A stretch of DNA of 63,414 bases, filler included, from Sphacelaria rigidula (GCA_964200075.2; 8 parts of 8 records of this genome joined end to end with filler, not necessarily neighbours in it), one strand, 5' to 3'. Positions 25,642 to 39,699 are shown, counted from the whole stretch's first letter. Notes: generated by a model not told the origin, from the letters alone. Translations and numbers: made by a program.

Positions 25642-28600
25642 GAACCTTCACCTTTGCACCGCGTAGTGTGACCTAATTTTCACCAAAATTCGGTGTTGCC
25701 ATCATGAAACTTGCTTTCGTAGAACCGATTTCCGGCTCGACTATTTTGATCAACTACGTATCATTCTTCGAACTTAGGCATATAGCGTGTACAAAATGGT
25801 CATGATCCACATTTTTCCAATATTCCCACAGCCGTTTCCACCGAATAGTTCCAGTCGGGCTACGTTATTGTTCCATTTGAGTGAAAACTTTCGGCGCACA
25901 GCAGTGGTCTACGTAATTACGGTTTGGCCCTATGTCAACTACAGATGAGACACCACAACTGTTGTCTGTACAACCACAGTACAGTCACGGTATAGCAGTT
26001 GCAGTACGATACGAAATACCCCCTCTGATCAGCAATATTAGATCGATTTGGACACTTTGCGCGATGGTAAGCGATGGAACACTTTTGATTTTTGTGAAGT
26101 CGCGAGTTCGATTCTCACCGAACTAGCACCCTTGTTTCTTTCAAAACAAGTGTTTTTTTATTTCCGGTTCGTTTTTCCTTTCATATATTACTTCGCTTCA
26201 GATGTTTCATTCTTGACCACTCTGTAGCTTTGCCTCTGGTCAATATCATATTATGGCATATTCTACAAGTAGCTATAGGGTACTGTGACCAAGATCACGC
26301 GCAGAGAAAGATGCGTCATATTTACCGTCGGCGCCAATAAGGATGGTGCACGCTAGAAAGCCGTTAAAGGGTTATCATCTCTCATCTCTCTGCGGACAGC
26401 AGAGTGCTCTATATGTTATGCTACAATGGCGCGTTGAGTAACGGGGCTCGCGAGAGCTAGACAGGGAGATGCGAATGTACACTACTGTATAATAGATTGA
26501 TATGATGCGCGAGGGGGGAGCCTCACATCTCGTCACGGACAAAAAGGGGACGGGCATCAAACCGAGGACAGCTTACAGAACGTGCTTGGAAATGTTGTGT
26601 GTGACGCCCTTGGCTCCGGAGCGTACGCATAGCTCCGAGGTTATAAGTAACATAAATATCTCTCCTAGAACGGTCTAGCCGAGAACACGAGGAACGTTCT
26701 CTCGCCTCGTGGCTTGGGGTTTCATGTGGACAGAACCAGGAGGCGTGCTGGGTTTGCAGAACAGGGAATCACACGTGAGGAAGAAAAAAGACATTCTAAT
26801 TTTCTTACTGACCAAATATTTGCAAGATCCGAACCGGAGTTCTTTTGTAGGAAAGGGGATGGGAAGTAGCCATATCCTGTTGCAGTGGATCTCCTTCAAC
26901 GTTCCGCCTTTTAGAGCATGGTGGCAACAAATGATGCACAAGTAACATTATCATTTCTAAGGCCTTAATAAACTGGAAATCGACCTTATATTGCGGAATA
27001 TCCAAATCGACCTTATATTACTGATCAGAGGTAGTACACACCAAATATCTTTCCTGTTGCGCTTCACCATGTCATTGAGAATCTCGTGGCTCTGTATAAT
27101 CCTGGCTGCAGCACCATCTTGAGCCTCTCACGAGACAGTATGACTATTGTAGCGGTGCCTGACCGCTCTCAGTAGAATGCTCAGGTCGGAGCACCGAACT
27201 AACAAGTTGTGTCCGGGGCACTTGCCGTAGTTCATGAAATCGCTGAAGGGCCCCCGCTTGTCGTGGCTGTAGAAATCTCGACCATAAACTTACAGACCAT
27301 TAGTGCTCACTGTTTTGTTTATTCGATCCGTGGCCCGGAACAACAGTGATGCATCTGTACCGCATGGCCAAACACGGGCTCATTTACGGGAAGTACATGT
27401 AGTGCACAACTGTTGATCTCGGCGATTTACCAATGTTTTCAACCTCCACATTATTTTATGTATATTCGGACCCGCGGTGGGAAGATAGAAGAGCCTAGCT
27501 ACAACGGTACAGTAGTCTTGTTGTGGAAAGCTTCGTCACGAGACAGGACGAGCCGCACAAGGGATACGAAGCGGAGAGGACAAAGGACCACTGATCAGGC
27601 AAGCAAAAACGTCCGGCACAAAATACACCCTTGCTGGCGTATGTTCATCTGCGTCCTCTATGTTCCTGAAGCGCTTGTTTCGACCGCGCTCTCTCAGCTA
27701 ACCCACCATCGCTGCTCTACACGAGTGCTGTAGGAGGTAGAGTACACCGTAGAGACAGTAGTGTACTCATAGCAAAGTACAGTCCAGCACAGTCCAGCAT
27801 AAAGCTGAAAGCATTGGTGTCATCCGTTGTTTCCGCTGCTCCCCTACTGTATCTACACAGATGGCAATGCCAACTAACCAATCTGCGTACATTTCACCTG
27901 AAACGCATGCGGGTGGTATGTAAGGTGACTCTCCTTCGTTTCTTGATTTGGTGCATGGATTGGCAACATTCACAAGCGGCCAGTGCAGACAGAACAGAGC
28001 TGTAAAGAGCAGACGGCCAGGATAATCGTGAGGTTTTGAAGCAGCTTATACTGCACGGCGAGGAGGCTACTGTTCAGCCAAAATAGTGAGATGCCATTCA
28101 AGGGTACAGCACACGAAGAGTGTGCGCGTCTGTACTGCCTGTACTGAGTCTAGTTTGTACTTCACCTTGATGAAACTCCTATATTTACTCTGATATGTTT
28201 GCCTTCGAGGTCTTACGATATTGATGTTACTGACAAGCGCAGAGCAAGGTCATGATATCGCGCTGAGTTTCAACCTTGGGCGATGCAGCTAATGTTTGTG
28301 CCTGCGCCGCTCAAGGAAGCTATACATCCTTACTGCCTCCTTTCTCCGCCACAGCCAGTGCAGCGCAGCCCGGGAGTAAACACAGTATCGTACAGTATCC
28401 CAGGTGCGTTGTCTGTTGTCAAGTGGGTATTTGTGAGCACCGCGGCGGGACTTTCATGGTCATCTCCAGAGTTCGTCGACTTTCAAACCTCTGGGAACAG
28501 TTTTTCGGAACAATATTTTCGGTGTGCTTGACGTGTATGTACCGTGTGTGCTAGATGCTAGATTCTACAGTAAAAAAATCATGACGGGAAAAAAAAGGGT

Positions 28601-29980
28601 CGTCTCGTGGACGAGGTAGCTGATGAAGTGGCAGCGTACTCCATTGACTACCAAGCACCCCGTTCTCGTTGTAGCGATATTGCTCCGCGGGGGTGCCCAT
28701 TCCTCTACTTGCCATTCCATCTAGATTTAATTCCTTGCAGTGGCTTGGAGGCGAGCGGTGCAGGCTCTCGATCGTCGCGATGACTGGCGCGATTAGCGCA
28801 CACAACCCAACTTTTTCCCCATCCATTATTCGGGCAATCCTGGTACGTTTCGGGGTAGTGCTATTGCGGTGGATATCGTCTCACTTCAACTGTACCGTAC
28901 AAGTACGGAGTGGCGCTGCCCGGTACTGTACAGTACTGTGCTGCGCGTGTGTAGTCTCACTGGCTCTGTCCACACAGGGCTCGTTGTTTTGTCATCAATC
29001 ACAGCTGCATAAAAGTAGCTATACAGTCACTCTCCACTGCGATAGTCTTTGTTGCTTACGAGTCTAGGTTCTAGTGTACTAGCTATAATATCATGGAAGT
29101 GCACCGTCTGCTGTTTTTTGGAATAGGTACAGCTCAGTAGGTGCAGTATAGTACGAGAGTAGCGAAACGAACCAGGGTTCAAATCAGTCTCGTGGAGGGA
29201 GGATCCTTCCTTGACCTTAACCTTCGACAAGTGATATGGGTGAAATAGAGGTCCGTGCACGTTGGCTGGTCAGCAATTTGGATGTTGGAACATACTTTTT
29301 TGTTGTCAGACCCTAACGCCAAAACCCCAACCCTTGAACCGCGTTGCGGGCAGTTCATCTGGCTCACGAGTACTTTTTCAAGTGAAATTGATGCCGATTC
29401 AGCAGGTGAACCATCCTCGCGGTCAAGGGGCTAACCCCTACCCCAACCGAGGCATACCGGGAGCTCCCGGACAAGAGGAGTGTATATGATGTCCTAGGCA
29501 ACGTTATTTTCCTCCTCGAAGGAGGAAGCCTCATCGAGCACTTGCCCCGCGAACGGGCTCGTGTATCGATTACCCCGAGGCTCGGCTAGACCACCGTGTG
29601 GCGGTCATGTGGGGTTGAATCCACTCAAACCAGAACCTCTGTCAACTTATCGGAGCTTCGGCACTAAAATGGTCAAAGTGTGCGCTGGTAGGGCTCAAAT
29701 CAGCACCGTCAAGGCGCCGATTTGAAGCCAAAATTGCCTCCCGCGCATGTTGTGCGGGCACGTGATACTCGGCCCTAAAAAAATCCGAATGTCGTAATCG
29801 GGGTTCACACTAAAACCAAGAACTTATTCAACCATTGAATATGTAGACTAATTCGGCTATACGAGAATTCTACGAGCTGGGCCAACCAACAGTTTTTTTG
29901 CCGGTTTACAGATGATGCGGGGCTCGATTTGAGAAGCTGAAACTTTGACTGGAAAATTTTATCAACACGCGCAAAATTTC

Positions 29981-30156
29981 CAGGGCTATACACGTGACAC
30001 GTGCCATAGCGTCAGACGTTGCGTTCACATTACGTTTTGGCCGAAACGTAACGCGATCGTTTCTTTACGTGACACACGTCAGGTAACGTGAACGTTATAT
30101 TTTTTTTACGTGATGAACGTAACGTGAACGTCTAACGTCTAACGTCTATAGCCCTG
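29981..30156. mobile_element. 176-bp hAT-type MITE rich in ACGT motifs
   Basis: TIRs CAGGGCTATA(C/G)ACGT. The 8-bp flanks are AAAATTTC and AAAAATTC (one mismatch). The interior is made of AACGT/CACGT repeats. Confidence 0.8.
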
Positions 30157-30312
30157 AAAAATTCTGCGTATACCGCACCAAAACACAAACAAAAACAGAG
30201 CGATTTGAAACTTCAGCAAAAAACAGAAAATGTCATGACTCCAAAAATGTTCCAACTCCATGAAGAAAAAAAGAGGTATTCCCAGTCACGAATTTTCCAC
30301 GGTTGTGTTCTG

Positions 30313-30945
30313 TAGGGTACGGTTTTCTGTATACCCGGGGTATTCATACCCTTACCCTGTAGTTCTGTGAGTTCTGTGAGCCTACTGTACCGTCACCGTG
30401 GGCACGAGTATGCTCTTGATGAGATACCCGTTTGAGGATACGGTTTTCTGTGCAACCTCCACAACCTACCCGACAGTCCTGTGAGTTATGTACAAGATCT
30501 ATACCCGTACCCGGATCACAAGTATACCCACCCTTGAAGAAATTCCCCCGACTACCGGTACGGTTTTCTGTAAGCCCCCCATACCGTACCCGACAAGTTC
30601 TGTAATTTATGCAAGGCCTTCACGGTTAGGAGAAATCATCACGACTTAAAATCACCAAATTCACGATTTCTTCGGCCTGATTGCCCAAAAGGGCGAAAAT
30701 AGTTGATCGCTGGTCCAAGGGGTATCCACGCAACTTTTGGGCCATTTGTCTGGGCTGTGTGTACCTGGGTTGCAACGCTGAAATAAATAAAGCCTAGGGG
30801 TTTATTCGTTACGAGTCGACTCATCATACTAAAACCAAGTAATTTCCAGACAAATCATTATCTGTCCGACCCTTGAAGACTTTCGTACAGTACCGGTACC
30901 CGACAGTTCTGTAAGCTCTGTAAGCCTCCCATACCCCTACCCGGA
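30313..30945. repeat. Cluster of degenerate repeats (GGTACGGTTTTCTGT / TACCCGACAGTTCTGT), probably transposon subterminal repeats
   Basis: The two motifs recur several times between ~30316 and ~30605 and again near 30895-30945. Confidence 0.5.
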
Positions 30946-31660
30946 GTTAATGTATACCGTTGTAGATAAATCCGATTGCAGGTACGAGCACAGGTATATA
31001 CCTTGTGGAGGTATAGATTTAGGTTCAATCAAAACTCAACCTCGAAACCTGAATGCGTACCTCCCATCAATCAACTCACCCTACTCCCTCATTCAACACT
31101 ACGATACCAACAAAGATCCAACTTTGGAAATTTCTTTAGTTTGGAACCTGACGGTTACGAGGTACTGCTGAATGGAAACACGAAACACGAGCAGCGCTCC
31201 AGACCGTCAGGATGGATCACCCCCAGACTGGAGTAGTGGCTCGAGCGGGGGCAGTTCATGTGCGCCACCAGGGGGAACAGGTAGCAAGATGCAGGTCATG
31301 GACGTTGATGATGGTTGTGGACAAATACCACTGCGAGTGTTTGTGTAGTGTTTCTCTGTCGACCCCGTGAAGCCATTCAGAGTGTTCGTGAACTGTAGTC
31401 TGTAGTTCGCCACTGAAGTGATGTAGATCCCACCACAAGGGTGATGATGATACCAAGTTTGTGTTCTGCAGGGTGTGGTTCTCTGTATCCCCGGGATATT
31501 TTCCTCTGCTTGTGCTTCCTCCCGAGAGGCAAAGAGTCTCGACAATTTGGTGACGGTCTTGAATTTGGGGGGGGGGGGGGGGGGGGGTAGTTCTAAGTTT
31601 GGTTTGTCCCTGTGCTTGTTGTTTTTGAGGTGGGCGCGGAGGGCGCCCCCCATTGTGGAG

Positions 31661-31760
31661 NNNNNNNNNNNNNNNNNNNNNNNNNNNNNNNNNNNNNNNN
31701 NNNNTTAATTAATTAANNNNNNNNNNNNNNNNNNNNNNNNNNNNNNNNNNNNNNNNNNNN
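31661..31760. other. Artificial contig spacer
   Basis: N/TTAATTAATTAA/N, 100 bp. Confidence 0.97.
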
Positions 31761-32055
31761 GCTCCGTCCCGGCTTTGTAGGGATGCGAGGCCAATGGTCT
31801 TCTGACGATGGCATCCCTGATCCTGAGTACGCCCCCCCGCCCCCCCCCCCCCCCCACCTCCCACCTCGCCGCAGGATAAGGGTTGAGTGAAGTTACGAGA
31901 GTGATGACACGAAGCAGGCTTATTATTCAAATCTCGATCTCGTGGGGGAGGGGTTGGTGAAGTCATTCTCCAGTAGAGTATGACTTGTGCGAGAAAACAA
32001 CTTGTTGGCTACAGAAAGTCAGTATTCCCCCCTCCCCCGCGCGCTTCCAGCGTAC

Positions 32056-35000
32056 CTCGCCCTCGTTGACCCTGGCGCCCTCCGGCACCAGCCTCCTGGC
32101 GAGCTTGCCGGCCACGTCTGTGTCGAGGCAGGCGGGGTCGTACTCCTTCGTGAACACGCACGTGTTTCCGTTGATGGACAGCCGCAGCCCCGATGCCTCT
32201 TTATTCGCGTACGCCACCTGGTCAGTATACAGAGTTTGACCAAAAGAAGTCGACCGGATTTTTTTAAACTGAACTGCAAAGAAGCAGGGATATTATCCCC
32301 ATTTTTTCATGAATATACCGTACAACGACGTCTTGCACATACATGAATACTTCGTATACAACAACGCTATGGATAACGAGCTCGCCCGCGCGCACGAAAA
32401 TCTAATCATCATCCAGTTAAACAAGGGCTGAAGCTGCAGTAACAACCGCCAATCGTCTGCACGGAGTGCTCGTGGTTCGCTTTCTAAACAAAAAACTCGA
32501 AATACAGTGCAAACGCCTCGAAATAACTGTCGCACTCCGCCGTATAATATAGTGCATACATCATTACAAACAAAAACATTTCCCTCTCATCGCGTTATTT
32601 TTCAGAGCAAAGAGCACATACTTCCTCTGTGCCCAAGCTGTGCCATAAGTAAAGTCCCTTATGGGGGGCAGATCGTATGCCACCAACGGAGTTGTCCACG
32701 ATGCTATAGTTAGGTTTTCTGAAAAGCTATTGATGCGCTGATGCTCGCTACACAAACAAAGAAGTCTGAGCCGAAAGTACCGAGAATGAGTGGGTCGAAC
32801 ATAGCCAAATTTCGACCAAATTTCGCCAAACTGTACATTGTCGGCCAAATTTCGGCGAATTTGGGTTGTTTTGGAGTAATTGAAGGCTGCAATGTAAACG
32901 AGTGGTTTCGGACTAGGCGTAGCTATCGTATGCCAGAGCCGTGTTATGGAAAAGGGGCGGAATATGGCCATTTTTGCGCAGACTGGTCATTTATCGGCCA
33001 TTCGCGCACGCTGGCTGCTGCGCAAACAGGAAAAAAAAAGACGCGGTTCAACTTAAAAAAAAAAAAAACTGCAAGATTTCGAAAAAACTATCGCCTGCTC
33101 GTATGGCATCGGACACGGTTAAGAGTCCATGTGATCAGAACGGACTTTACTTATGGCACAGGTGAAGTACAAAACGAACGGAACGGAACGGAACAGAACA
33201 GAACAAAATAAAACGAAGCAAACAACACCAAAAATCAACGCACACAGCCAACCCTCTCAAACCAGGCAAAAAAACAGCAACCAAGGTCTCCAAAACTCTC
33301 GCCTGGCTCTTCCCGCCGATGATCAAGAGATAACCGCCGTCTGCTAGCGGCCTGCACTGGGCCTCCACAAACGAGGGAGGCTCTGCCGATGATCCCCTCT
33401 TGTTTTTCACAGCGGTCGACACCGTGAAAATCCTTGGCCCCGCCTGCGAGCAGTTGAGCTTGTACTTGACGCCTTCGTATATGAGATCTATACCCTTCGA
33501 GGTGGCTAGTAGCTCCTTGGGCGGTAGGAGCCCTTGGTGGACGAAGGAACGACAGAGGAGATGGGGGAAGGTGGGGGGATGTTAGAGGTGAAAGTAGGTA
33601 CTCCCATGTGGTAGCTCGGGATCGTTGATCACGTTGTCCGTCGGTATCGAGACAAACGCCGCCTGACCCTCACAACGTAGCTATAGACGCCCCCCCGGGA
33701 TTTCACGACTCATTGTCGCCCCCGCTTGCCTTTGAAGCGATATTTCTCCTTCGTCGCGTTGGTGGAAGCCACGATTTCAACCCTGACCTTCTATTCATCA
33801 AGCGTCTGTGTTGTCATCCCATTTATCTGAACGTCAGTCTATACCTTTCGGTGTATGTGGGCGCACCAGCTGGGCTCACACAGGAGGAAGTAGGCCAGCA
33901 CAGGATTTTTTTGTTGCAATTTCTCGTTTGCTTTCCTTCTCCATCTTCTTTTTGCGGTGCTTACCTCTGATTATTTTTTCGCGAGAGGGGTTCAGCAGTC
34001 CCTTTCCCTCGTCGACCATTAAGTCGAATTTTGTGTACCCACGACACAGTCAGCGTACAACGTGATTAAATATCATGTTACCGCCAATGTCGAGAGGTAA
34101 TTCCCAAAGTTGTGTTATGTAGGGTATACCGCCTGCGGTTAAGGTGTTTACAGGACTTTACAAGAGTTTTTCGCTCATTTTTTTCCCACGGCGAATGCCC
34201 TTTCAAACCATACCCGGACTGTTCGATACACATTCCGGTATGGTTTTGGTATACCAACCAAAACTCCCCCGCTTCCGGGTATACCCCCTACAGTACACAA
34301 CCTCGACAATTTCCTCGGAAAACACTCGCGGGATTTTTCCCCTTTCTATACGGTAGGATCAATATCCAAATCAACCTTCTTCCTGGTGTCGCCATTGTGA
34401 ACAAATAGGATTTTACTATTATAGGATCATTGTACGGCACGGCTATGTGCTGCGACGGAAGAAGGTGATCCAGGGGTCCTCATGAGGTATGTTACTGTCG
34501 TACGTAGTCCTGTCGCCGAAACTTCTCGAGAGGGGGGCGTATTTCTCCCCGCTTGATATTTAGAGCGAGGATTGACCGTGAGCCGAGGTGATAGGCAATA
34601 GACAGAGCTTGGACAGAACTTGCCGGTGCCACGGTAGTTATGTCATTCTAGGTTCTTCCCATGGGATCTTACCGGCGACCTAGGGTCCGGGAGATTCGTA
34701 GGTATAGATAAAGTGTGAGCGTTTCGGGACCGCTCGCTCATGTCACTGGCGCACCACTGCCCTGACACTCACCTCCAGTATACATGCGTGTATATCCAAA
34801 GTCGAGCACACCGACCAGCTGGAACCTCCCACGCTTAGCATTGTTTTCACTAATATCACCAAATTTGAGGCGCTTCACGCAGTCTGGAACCAGCATCATA
34901 CGCCGTATGGCCACGTTCTTCATGACAGTTTTGGGGCTGGTATGGGGCTGGGGGGCGGGGGGTTACCGCTGCATTCATCACGTGTTCATCATGTTCATCG

Positions 35001-38000
35001 TACAGAAGTGTGGCGCTTCCACATCAGCACCTTCAGTCATATACCGGTATCTGTACTGTCTGTACAGCAGCTCACCCTTGCCGAGCATCTGCAGGAAGGT
35101 CTGCAGGCGCTCCTCCACGTCCTCATGAGCCAAAATCACGGCTCCGGCCACCACAGCCAGATGGCTATCCACCCTCCGCTTTCTCGTGGCCAGCAGAGAT
35201 CCGTCCTTTGCCGCAGCAATCCTAGCGTCCAGCCTAATTTGTATGTTTGGAGAAAAAACACGAAATAAAACGTTTTGCTCTGTTTTACTTTTTATTTTCA
35301 TCAGAAGCCCCTCACGTATCACGCTTGCAAAGTTAGGGGCGTGCCATCTTTTTTTTTTGTCTGAGCATCGCCTTGGTCCTTGAACGAGCATTTTTTTGTT
35401 TGATTTGGTCTTTCTTGGTTTGAAAACATTTTGCTAGAGAAAATGGTGAAAACATTCAATAGCCCCCCCCTACAAAATTACGAAGGCAAACAACAAATGA
35501 GTACGCCCCCCCTCCACCCCCCACATACACGCGCCCACATACAAAATTACAATGGGCTATGGCATGCATGATCATGAGTACACCTCACAAAATTACACAC
35601 CGTGGACAACGACAATGGACAACTTTAGGGAAAAGTGTACTTTGTACAGTATTGAATCTATTGCCTGTTGTATACTGCAAAATTCGACGTAATGGTCGAC
35701 GAGGGAAAGGGACTGCTGAACCTCTATCGCGATACTAAATAAAGACAAGCATTGCAGAAGGAAGGTGGAGAACTAAAACAAAAAAATAAATAAAAACTCC
35801 TGGGCTGGCCTTCCTCCTGTGGACCCCGGCCGGTGCGCCCACATATACCGAAATGTGCAGATCGGCGTCCAGAATACAAGGGACGACAACACTGCAATAG
35901 GCAATAGATCCGACGGTATGGGCAGTAAAATACATATTTTGTAAATACGATCTAGTGTTCGGGTTGTACAAAATTGTTGGTTTGATTTGAAGTATCTTCA
36001 TTTCCTCGTTTTGATATTCTTTGTCTGCCTTTGTTCCACTAGGAGACGCGGGTCGGGCGACGGGAGGCATATTTGACTTCAAGAGTGTGCCCTTGCGATA
36101 ACAAAATAGGCACGGTCGTGGTCTTCTTCAAGAAACAAGAAGGGATGTTACACATTGAGGGTGGATTTTTTCCGCCCGAGGATGAACCTTTAGAACCTTC
36201 ACAAGCATCGAAATATTCCCGGGAAAAAAAAAAAACTTCGGTCGTGATACGTCGCCTCGCTCGTCCTAGAAAAAAAATCAGTCTGCAATTTGTAAAATCC
36301 AGTGTTAACAAGGGATTTTGAAAATAACAACAATTTTTGTCTCATGTACGGAAAGCAATGGAGGTCGAAATTGTTCGGTATAAATAAGTTTTTTTTCCAA
36401 ATCACGGATGGGTGCTCTTCAGGTGGGTGAGGTCACGCACCACGGCCGGAGAGTGCATTTTCAGTTCTATTTCGAAAACTTTTCTGTACTTTTTTCTTCC
36501 AAAAATATCATTCTCAATTTGTGATGAGTACTAATGACAACAAATCTTCAAATCATCTTCATCGATGATGACCACGACCAGACGGGGCCGTGAAGTCAAC
36601 GTTAACCTTCAAGTAGCATGAAAAATGATACTCGAAGTAGTAAAATAAGAAGTTTTACGCAGCAATCAATGTCGACACTCGAGCATATTCGGGTGGAGAG
36701 GGGGGGGGGGGCGAACGGCTTACACGCGCACAAAATTGTACAGTGGGTGAGGAGTGACAAAAATAAAGATAGGTGAGAGTAAAAAAGGAATGCAGAGCAA
36801 AGTGGTCGATACACGCCATCATGTATGATACAGCGAGGAACAACTTCGACTGATGGAGAATTTCTGTGTTCTTCTTCTTAACCCTTTAACTGCGAGCGTC
36901 GCCTTGGAACAGTTTCACCGGCTGACAGTTCAGAGACATGCAGGGGTTTCCAGGGAGTGGTAGGGGTGTACTCATGATCATGCATGCCATAGTCATCAGA
37001 CCACTGGCCTCGCATCCCTACAAAGCCGGGACGGAGCACGCCGGATTTTCGCCGGACCAGGAGCGGTACGGGGTGTTTTCTGAGGGGGGGGGAGAGGGGA
37101 TGTTCGAAGAACAACCGGAAAAGTCACGAGGTCAACCATTTGCGGCCCGAGAAGGGCGGAGTGACCATTGTGATCAACCAAGGCAGTAAAAAAGGTCAGT
37201 TTGTCCCCTACACGTAGACCGCGCGTGGATCGCCTCGCGGTCTAGCCGTATCTTACCGTTTCGGTCATGACCATTCAACCGTAGATAACATCGACAAATA
37301 AGAGAGTACTTTTTACACCTCTTGTTCTATTTGCCGCCTGCCTGACCCTTTTTGTGTTGCAGCCGTTGCTTCATATTGTCCGTAGTATTGATACGCTACA
37401 CTAAGCACAGACATCAGCAGCAGCGTGCAGTAGGCTGTGCTCCGTGGAGAGCGAGGGTGCGCTGAATGTTCCTTCGTATTCATGTCCAAGCACCGATGAA
37501 GAAAGAAATCGCATAATGTACGGTATAGAGAGTAGCAGCAACACCCGCACCATCCTTAATACATACAAGGTACAGTACAGAGAGAACGGGAAACAAAAAA
37601 AAGTACGAATAGTTGAGACGATGCAACGTGCGTGCGATATCAAAACACGCTCGAGGTGTGCCAGCCTTGCCCCGTCAGTACACCATGTTCGCTGTAGAGC
37701 GACGGCACGCTGACTACTGTAAACACGCGACACACTCTCCGGAACTGCGGGCCGCAGCTATCTACTCAAATTATGCCATGTGCGGCACTAGAGTCCTGCA
37801 AATTCCAACACGTGACACCAGCTGCCACCGACGGGCATCCGTGTCGCGGTGGGTGTGAAGGCCGCTTTCACGACATTTGAGGCGAGATAGAGGATCCTGA
37901 GGGAAACGAGATACATTTTGGTCTACATTAGTTGTCTCTCGCGCACTATCGCCGCTCTGTTGCTGATTTCAATTTTTACTTGACTGTCTCTGCGTTAATG

Positions 38001-38120
38001 CTCTCCTCACCAGCCCGTGTCGATTCTGTTCTTGACGAAGTCGTCGCTCTGAAGCACCTCCCCGATGTACTCCACGGTGGTGCGGATATCACCTCGGATG
38101 GAGAGCTCCTTCAAGGCCAC
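32056..38120 (-). CDS. ACC: Homomeric (multidomain) acetyl-CoA carboxylase, four internal exons: 38120-38011, 35233-35076, 33532-33303, 32217-32056
   Basis: Spliced peptide: [44 protein letters not shown]...[19 protein letters not shown]...[11 protein letters not shown]...[72 protein letters not shown]. This covers the end of the biotin carboxylase domain, the BT domain and the start of the biotinyl-carrier domain. Intron phases 2, 1 and 0 are consistent. The gene continues beyond both contig ends. Confidence 0.95.
32638..33161. mobile_element. MITE in an ACC intron, 20-bp perfect TIRs
   Basis: CTGTGCCATAAGTAAAGTCC ... GGACTTTACTTATGGCACAG. No TSD is evident. Confidence 0.7.
33808..34045 (-). 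mobile_element. 5'-truncated copy of the tRNA-derived SINE (ACC intron)
   Basis: Matches 11530-11755 (TATGTGGGCGCACCAGC; CAGCAGTC..TTTCCCTCGTCGACCAT; GTCGAATTT..GTGTACCCACGA). Confidence 0.7.
35685..35890 (+). mobile_element. 5'-truncated SINE copy in the opposite orientation (ACC intron)
   Basis: ATGGTCGACGAGGGAAAGGGACTGCTGAAC ... GGTGCGCCCACATATACCGAAA is the reverse complement of the SINE body. Confidence 0.7.
36960..37060. repeat. Dispersed repeat family GGCATGCATGATCATGAGTACACCCC (other copies near 9316-9392, 13520, 15685-15780, 31761-31850 and 35552)
   Basis: The same motif, ending in a C-run, is seen on both strands in contigs 2 and 5. It is often next to a second family, AGGCAAGCAACAAATGAGTACGCCCC (near 13580, 13780, 23873 and 35484). 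Confidence 0.7.
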
Positions 38121-39331
38121 CTGCCAGCCAAACCACACGGAAAAACAGTCACAGACCCCGAAACACCATGAGTAGAAGAAAAAAAAAAATGATACGTTTT
38201 TCGTGTCCTCTACAGACACAACTCGTCTCATTCCCCACCTAGTATGTGTGTGTGTGTGCGCGCGCGCGCGTGTGTGTGGCGTGTCGGACATCGATGTCAC
38301 AAACACCCACACATCGGATAGCGCGCGTTATCCGTTAAGAGAAATATCTTCACGAGGCCAGACGCGCAAGCTGATGGGTCGTAACTCTGACTGAGTTCCT
38401 CGCCTAGATGACACAAAATAAAAAACGTAAGCCACGGCTGGGGTATCCTCGTCATCAGCCACAAACTGCGGTGGCTATCAGGGGACTTATTAAGGCCGCT
38501 CCTTATGGCAGACAAGAATGAAAATCTGGAAAAGTGCCCTTTTGGAGCTTTTACGTCGTTTTACGCCCTGAAGAGAGCTAGGCGGATTTTGACACCTTGG
38601 AATGTCTTGCTGTGCTCGTTGAAACGGTTCCAACAAAGCTGTGCATTTTTCCGGTGGCTGCAGCTTTTCTCGTGCCCAAACTTGCATTTTTCTCGGAGAC
38701 GGCTCTATCTATGATCTTTGCGGGGGTTTCTTCTTGGAAAAATGTGAAAGCTGATTTTTCAACCAAGTCAAGTAATAAAGCATTTCAAGAGTGATGACAG
38801 ATTCCTCCGAAATTAGCGTCTGACTTTACCATCAGCAATCGGTTTGTCGGATAAGTGCGGAAAAGACATGTAAAATTCATGGGAAAATGAAATAAAAGCT
38901 GAAAAAAACGCTCTGTTCTCTCATAATACCCCCTTAGCAGGAGAGGTTGCAGATACCCCTTATTCGGCAGCTTCCATAGTCATATCACAGAGCACACACT
39001 CCGCGTCACTGTTGGGGCGTTGTACACAAATATACGCGTAAATACTTTCAAAAGCGCAATCCCGGAAAACCGCCAAACTTTACTTCACCTAGGGTGGAGA
39101 TGGAGCGCAGCAGGGAAGGAATCACACGGAAAGATTCAGTAGGAGTCATACAGTATCCCAAGTGCGACAATCGATCAAATCAAATCAGAACCCAGAGAAT
39201 TTCCCAAATCGGGAGAATGGGAGGTTTACTACCACGCGTGTCACTGCGTATATTGCGACAGTTACCACACTTGCACTATTTTACAGGCTAGTTCACGGTG
39301 ATCACCCAAAAACACTCATCGGCAAAACCTC

Positions 39332-39599
39332 ACGCCGTTTTAAGGAGTTAGACCCTGAAGTTTTTCACGAATGTTCTATGGGTCATTACGCAACTTGCGG
39401 TTATCAAGTTTTTTTTTCTTTACTTTTTGATCTGTTTCACCGTTTTTCGGGGGTCCCAGTTGTTGGGGAAACCTCGACCCAATCGGACCCACGTAAAACG
39501 GTAATCAAGAGAAAAAAAAAAACTCGTTCATCCAAAGTTGCGTAATGTCCCAAAGCACAGTTGTGCAAAATTTCAGGGTCTAACTCCTTGAAACGGCGT
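39332..39599. mobile_element. Foldback/MITE cut by the contig end
   Basis: ACGCCGTTTTAAGGAGTTAGACCCTGAA at 39332 is the inverted complement of TTCAGGGTCTAACTCCTTGAAACGGCGT ending at 39599. Pairing continues inward (CATTACGCAACTT / AAGTTGCGTAATG). Confidence 0.7.
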
Positions 39600-39699
39600 N
39601 NNNNNNNNNNNNNNNNNNNNNNNNNNNNNNNNNNNNNNNNNNNTTAATTAATTAANNNNNNNNNNNNNNNNNNNNNNNNNNNNNNNNNNNNNNNNNNNN
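39600..39699. other. Artificial contig spacer
   Basis: N/TTAATTAATTAA/N, 100 bp. Confidence 0.97.

Noticed and set aside
27060..28530. Protein-like fragments (minus VYGRDFYSHDKRGPFSDFMNYGKC; plus exon-like 28354-28521)
   Set aside because: They could not be linked into a gene or assigned to a family.
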